Below are positions 21,743 to 21,767 of a DNA stretch of 21,767 nucleotides, piece by piece. Location: the NCBI RefSeq assembly GCF_006345805.1, contig NW_021823596.1, forward strand, positions 1 through 21,767, given 5' to 3'. Below the pieces are notes generated by a model. It ran no database searches, was not told the DNA's origin, and was given only the letters and a program-made list of their open reading frames with translations. How positions within the stretch are numbered: position 1 is the stretch's first letter; each line of letters starts with the position of its first letter. Both the position numbers and the translations under genes were made by a program. This DNA is from Octopus sinensis (Eukaryota).

Positions 21743-21767
21743 CAGTCAAACCTCTCTAATTTACCAC
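21743..21767. mobile_element. Probable start of a Tc1/mariner-superfamily (pogo-like) TIR
   Basis: TA|CAGTCAAACCTCTCTAAT at the window edge resembles pogo/Tigger MITE ends; partner end is outside the window. Confidence 0.45.

Overview
AT-rich eukaryotic genomic DNA from an organism with very small spliceosomal introns (mostly 23-31 nt), so the ORF track misses most host genes. The gene content is animal-like; a dicyemid-type parasite is a plausible but unverified source. Host genes rebuilt by hand: arginine kinase (+, 5 introns), a CCDC152-like coiled-coil gene (+, 3 introns), a CERT/COL4A3BP-like PH-domain fragment running into a 30 x 48-bp tandem array, a WD40 gene (-) hit by three transposons, L-lactate dehydrogenase (-, 7 introns) and a possible orphan gene (-). 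Most of the rest is decayed, nested mobile DNA: a Helitron 3' end, a Ginger-like TIR element, SCAND3/KRBA2-like integrase relics, Tc1, pogo, hAT/Buster, CGGBP1-like, and R4/Dong, CRE, I-group and RTE-type retrotransposons. The most distinctive structure is an RTE-type LINE with a 5' inversion, 13-bp TSD and (TAA)n tail, i.e. the twin-priming architecture known mainly from mammalian L1. Most host genes carry 1-2 nt deletions or stops, from either unpolished long-read errors or real decay. All family calls come from motif recognition by eye, not database searches. I found no convincing wholly new multi-gene system.
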